Positions 60,153-64,000 of a stretch of DNA of 64,000 nt are shown in pieces. The translations under genes and the position numbers were made by a program. The notes below the pieces were generated by a model. That model worked only from the letters and a program-made list of their open reading frames with translations. It searched no databases and was not told the origin of the DNA. Source of the stretch: Candidatus Multivoradales bacterium (GTDB lineage Bacteria; Acidobacteriota; Thermoanaerobaculia; Multivoradales; JAHEKO01); contig CBDCVR010000014.1 in assembly GCA_965223155.1 (NCBI GenBank), positions 801,793-865,792 of the forward strand. The letters run 5' to 3'. Positions within the stretch are counted from its first letter, which is position 1. Each line of letters begins with the position of its first letter.

Positions 60153-61661
60153 CTACGAGAAGATCCTGGGCGCGAGCAGAATCGCGGCCGCCGACACCAA
60201 GGCAATCGCGATCAGGTTCAGCCAGAAGCCGGCCCGGACCATCTGCCGGATGGTGAGATAGCCCGATCCGAAGACCACCGCGTTGGGCGGGGTCGCGACC
60301 GGCAGCATGAAGGCACAGCTCGCGGCCAGGGCCACCGGCACCGCCAGCTCGACCGGCGCCAGCCCGGCCTCGGCGGCGACCGCGGCGACGACCGGTAGGA
60401 AGGTCGCCGTCGTCGCCAGGTTGCTGGTGAGCTCGGTCAGGAACACGATCAGGACGGCGATTACGCCGATCAGCAGCACGGGATTTCGCAATCCCGAGGC
60501 CAGCAACCGCTCGCCGAGCCAGGTGGCGAGTCCGGTCGATGAGACCGTGGCCGCGAGCGCCAGGCCGCCGCCGAAGAGCAGCAGGACGCCCCAGGGCAGA
60601 TCCCGGGTGTCTCGCCAACGGAGCAGGCGTGACGAGCCTTCGTCTCCTGTGGCTTCGGTTCCGGCACCCGCGTCCCGCAGGCCACTGGGGATCACGAACA
60701 AGGCAAGCGCGGCCAGCATGGCGATCCCGGCGTCGGTCAGACCGGCCAACGACTCGAAACGGGCCAGAACCGGCCGCGTCAGCCAAGCCAGGGCCAAGAG
60801 GCCAAAGACCACCGCGACCCGTCTCTCCGGCACGGTCATCGGTCCCTGGCCGGCCCGCAGCTCGGCAAGATGCTGGCGCGTGGCCCGGCTGGTGACGAAC
60901 CGCACCGGATAGAGCCGGCGGGTCAGAAGCCACCAGGTGAGCGGCAGCAGTATCGCCACCAGTGGCAGCCCCAGGAGCATCCAGCGCGCGAATCCCAGCT
61001 CGACCCCGTGGTTCTCGAGCAGAAACGCCGCCAAGAGAGCGTTCGGCGGCGTGCCCACGAGCGTCGCGACGCCGCCCACGGTCGCTCCATAGGCGACTCC
61101 CAGGAGCATCGCCACGGGGAATCGGCGCCGCACGTCGCTTTCGTCAGGCAGGCGGTCTTGAACGACCGCAACCACCGAGGTGGCGATCGGCAGCAGCATC
61201 AGCGTCGTCGCAGTATTGGTGACCCACATGCTGACGAGAGCGCTCGCCAGCATGAACCCACCCACCAGGCCGGCACCACTGCGGCCGAAGACGGTGATGA
61301 CCGCGAGCGCGATTCGCCGGTGGAGTCCCCACCGCTGAATCGCCAGGGCCATCACGAAACCGCCCAGGAAGAGAAAGATCATCGGGTTGGCGAACGGCCG
61401 AGTCACGGTCTCGACATCGGCAATGCCGGCCAGCGGGAAGACCGCGATCGGCACCAGCGCGGTCGCCGCCAAGGGCAGCGCCTCGGTCGCCCACCAAATC
61501 CCCATGAGAAGCGCCAGAGCGGCGGTACGCCAGGCGGCGGCCGACAGTTCGGCCGGAGGCGGCAGGATCAGCAGGAGGCCGGCCGTCAGGGCGCCGGCCA
61601 GGAGGCCGAGTCTGCGCACGCCTTCTAGCCCACCCCGAATACCGACGCCGGCCGGGGACAA
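60153..61661 (-). CDS. DASS/SLC13-family anion (sulfate/dicarboxylate):sodium symporter
   Basis: 502 aa polytopic protein with the duplicated hairpin-motif organisation of the DASS family. Confidence 0.75.
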   Translation of the reverse strand: MSPAGVGIRGGLEGVRRLGLLAGALTAGLLLILPPPAELSAAAWRTAALALLMGIWWATEALPLAATALVPIAVFPLAGIADVETVTRPFANPMIFLFLGGFVMALAIQRWGLHRRIALAVITVFGRSGAGLVGGFMLASALVSMWVTNTATTLMLLPIATSVVAVVQDRLPDESDVRRRFPVAMLLGVAYGATVGGVATLVGTPPNALLAAFLLENHGVELGFARWMLLGLPLVAILLPLTWWLLTRRLYPVRFVTSRATRQHLAELRAGQGPMTVPERRVAVVFGLLALAWLTRPVLARFESLAGLTDAGIAMLAALALFVIPSGLRDAGAGTEATGDEGSSRLLRWRDTRDLPWGVLLLFGGGLALAATVSSTGLATWLGERLLASGLRNPVLLIGVIAVLIVFLTELTSNLATTATFLPVVAAVAAEAGLAPVELAVPVALAASCAFMLPVATPPNAVVFGSGYLTIRQMVRAGFWLNLIAIALVSAAAILLAPRIFS

Positions 61662-61686
61662 GCCGCGGCCGAGCTTCGGAGCCGAA

Positions 61687-62364
61687 TCAGAACCACGTCG
61701 AGACCTGGTCGAGATCCTTCTTGACCAGGTTGGGAACCACCGCGCCCTCGGCCGGATAGCCGACGACCAGCAGCAGATAGGGACGCTCGTTGGACGGACG
61801 GTCCAGGATCTTGTTCAGAAACCGCATCGGCGACGGCGTATGGGTGAGACACACCAGGCCGGCGTGGTGAATGGCGGCAATCAGCATGCCGGTAGCGATC
61901 CCTACCGACTCGCTGACGTAGTAGTGCTTCTTCTTGGCACCGTCGTCGGTGTAGCCGTGGCTCTGGGCGAAGACGGCGATCAGGTACGGCGCCGTTTCCA
62001 GAAACGGCTTGTTCTCGTCGGTGCCCAGGGGCGCGAGCGCCTCGAGCCAGTCGTGGGGAGCGCGGTGCTCGTAGAACTCGTGCTCCTCCTTCTCCGCCGC
62101 GATCCGGATCTCGTACTTGATCGCGGGATGGCTCACGACCGAAAAGTGCCAGGGCTGCATGTTGGCGCCGCTGGGAACCGAGTTGGCTGTGCGCAGGCAG
62201 TCCTCGATGATCTCGCGCGGCACCGACCGGTCGGAGAACTGGCGTACCGAGCGCCGGCGCTGCATCTCGACGAAAAAGCGCATGGCCCGCGCCTTCATCT
62301 CTTCTTCCGGATACTCGATGTACTCGGTCAGCGGCAGAAACGCGTTGTTCGTGGCTTCGGTCAT
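61687..62364 (-). CDS. Nitroreductase family protein
   Basis: [13 protein letters not shown]...[11 protein letters not shown]-binding nitroreductase signature. Real ATG at 62364; the track ORF to 62835 is over-extended. Confidence 0.8.
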   Translation of the reverse strand: MTEATNNAFLPLTEYIEYPEEEMKARAMRFFVEMQRRRSVRQFSDRSVPREIIEDCLRTANSVPSGANMQPWHFSVVSHPAIKYEIRIAAEKEEHEFYEHRAPHDWLEALAPLGTDENKPFLETAPYLIAVFAQSHGYTDDGAKKKHYYVSESVGIATGMLIAAIHHAGLVCLTHTPSPMRFLNKILDRPSNERPYLLLVVGYPAEGAVVPNLVKKDLDQVSTWF

Positions 62365-62491
62365 GGGCGTCCTCGGCGGCTCCCTGCGGAGCGATTGATT
62401 CGTTCGGGCCGCACGATACGACAAAGCCTCGCCTTTGGCACCAGCCGGCCGCAAGAAGCCGCGGCGGGCCTGAGGTGAGAGTCCCGCCGCG

Positions 62492-62779
62492 CTAGCCGGA
62501 AGCCTGGGCGATGCGCTCCGCCCGACGCTGCCAGCGGGCCCTGGCCTTGGCCCGTTCCTGCTCCCGGTCGCGCCGAGGAGCGCTTGTCTCGAGACCGTCC
62601 ACGAGCTTGCGGCTGGCCCGGGCGATCTCGGCCACCGCGGCGTCGAAGACAGCTTCGTTGACCTTGGACGGCTTGCGCATGCCGCTGATCTTGCGGACGT
62701 ACTGCAAGGCAGCGTCGTTGAGCTCCTCGTCGGTGGCCTCCGGCTCGAAGTTGAACAGAGGGCGAATGTTGCGGCACAT
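62492..62779 (-). CDS. DUF2277 family small protein
   Basis: [45 protein letters not shown]... matches the MCRNI... DUF2277 N-terminus. The track ORF to 63676 is over-extended. Confidence 0.65.
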   Translation of the reverse strand: MCRNIRPLFNFEPEATDEELNDAALQYVRKISGMRKPSKVNEAVFDAAVAEIARASRKLVDGLETSAPRRDREQERAKARARWQRRAERIAQASG

Positions 62780-62800
62780 AGGCGATCTCCTGCGGATAGG

Positions 62801-63247
62801 ATGGAACCGCTCATGTCTACCATGCCGACGGTCAAGAGCGTGATGACGCCCTTTCCCTACACGATCGCCCTCGGAGACACGATTGCCCGGGCCCAGGATC
62901 TGATGGCCGAGCATGAGATCCGGCATCTGCCGATCAAGGACGAGGACGGAGGTCTTCTGGGGGTGCTGAGCGAGCGGGAGGTCAACCGCCTTCTGGGACC
63001 CGACGGGACCGGTCCCGGTTCCGCCAGTGCCTTCCGTGTCCGCGACGCACCCATCCAAGACGTCTACGTCGTCGACATGGCGGCGCGGCTCGACGAAGTG
63101 GCCGAGACCATGGCCGACCGACGACTCGGCGCTGCCTTGGTCACCAAGGACGGCCGGCTGGCCGGCATCTTCACGGTCGTTGACGCCTGCCGGCTGCTGG
63201 CGGACTCGCTGCGGACTCAGTTCCCGGCGGGCGACGGCGCGGCCTAG
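62801..63247 (+). CDS. CBS-domain pair protein
   Basis: Two CBS motifs ([15 protein letters not shown]...HLPI; [13 protein letters not shown]...ALVT...LAGIFTVVD). Confidence 0.7.
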   Translation: MEPLMSTMPTVKSVMTPFPYTIALGDTIARAQDLMAEHEIRHLPIKDEDGGLLGVLSEREVNRLLGPDGTGPGSASAFRVRDAPIQDVYVVDMAARLDEVAETMADRRLGAALVTKDGRLAGIFTVVDACRLLADSLRTQFPAGDGAA

Positions 63248-63420
63248 CAACTCGCTGCCATCGACACGGCCGGCCGGCAAAACCCGTTCGGCCCTCTCAC
63301 CGAGTCTCCATAACGCAGCCGGTGAGAAATTGAGAAGATCGCGCCCAGGCGAACCTCGACGCCCCGGGGCCCGTACCAGCTCCTGAACCCGATGACCCAC
63401 CGACCTTCGCGAGAGCCACC

Positions 63421-64000
63421 CATGCAGCAAAGACTCCTCCGCACCGCGACCGCCCCCTTCCTTGCCTTCCTCCTGGCCTGTTCGCCACCGCTGGCGACAC
63501 TCGGCACGGCGTCCGAAGTGCCGGGCCGGGCCGGCGGCGAGGACTTCGCCGCCTACTGGTACCAGGGAACCGCCGAAATCACCACCTACCGGCTCGAACA
63601 GGCCCGCTACGGCGAGATCCACGAGGGCACCGCGGTTGCCATCTTCGTCACCGAGGATTTCTCGCGCTCCAAACACGTCAAGCTAGACCGGCCCGAGGCC
63701 GCGGGCGCCGACCGCGTCAAAGTGCTCAAGCTCAACCTGACCAAGGAGTTCCCCACCGGGGTCTATCCCTACTCGATGATGACCTCGGTCTTCACTCCCG
63801 TGGACCTGGACCGCGAGGCCAAGACCCTCAAGGTCACCACCTCCTCGCAAGAATGGTGCGGCCACACCTTCGAGCAGATCAACCGGACCGACGGCGGCTA
63901 TACGGTCGAGCTCAGGTCCTATTTCGAGTCCGAAGGCGACCGGTCCGAACGTATCGGAGACGCCCACCTCGAAGACGGCCTCTGGACTTTGATCCGGCTC
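63421..64000 (+). CDS. Hypothetical lipoprotein (partial, 3' end beyond the window)
   Basis: ATG at 63421, lipobox-like LLACSPP, then a stop-free frame to the window end. Not in the track because it is incomplete. Confidence 0.4.

Overview
This is a very GC-rich bacterial chromosomal segment (about two-thirds G+C by eye) that is densely coding on both strands. Annotation is by eye from motifs and gene order only; no tools were run.

The gene set is mostly housekeeping, with an accessory-looking end:
- rel(relA/spoT), secF, secD, yajC and tgt
- a dicarboxylate/amino-acid symporter
- two HD-domain dNTP triphosphohydrolase-like genes
- two MsbA-type ABC exporters
- trmB and manC
- msrP
- a PLP-dependent decarboxylase
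- a DsbA-like protein
- holB and tmk
- pntAA, pntAB and pntB
- a pilT-pilC-pilS-pilR type IV pilus/regulator block
- fmdB
- a DUF4388 protein
- moeA
- a YpfJ-type zinc metallopeptidase
- osmC
- an orphan parA
- phnD-phnC-phnE
- a PNP/UDP-family phosphorylase
- a DUF885 protein
- a DUF502 protein
- vapBC
- an MFS transporter
- a YtrA/GntR-ABC operon
- gamma-glutamyltranspeptidase (GGT)
- a DASS transporter
- a nitroreductase
- DUF2277 and CBS proteins

The FYDLN_acid, FmdB, DUF4388, PilSR and choice-of-anchor-B genes give a weak Myxococcota/Acidobacteriota-like flavour. This is an inference, not an identification.

Because of the high GC content, nearly every real gene is shadowed by long stop-free antisense ORFs. 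Several ORFs in the six-frame track are artefactual or N-terminally over-extended, and I corrected starts where a motif allowed it. I saw no rRNA, tRNA or CRISPR.

The candidates most worth follow-up:
1. A 23-bp perfect inverted repeat pair flanking a ~277-bp highly self-complementary element at 48434-48710. It could be a MITE-like element or a large structured RNA.
2. A block at 53043-60059: a YtrA-type regulator with a perfect 14-bp palindromic operator and probable leaderless start, an ABC ATPase, a permease fused to a beta-propeller-like periplasmic domain, a divergent GGT, and a ~630-aa signal-peptide-bearing, cysteine-rich protein with no domain I recognise.
3. A glutamate-cysteine-ligase-family (GCS2)::CBS fusion translationally coupled to a lipoprotein.
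4. A 49-codon FYDLN_acid zinc-ribbon gene that is missing from the ORF track.
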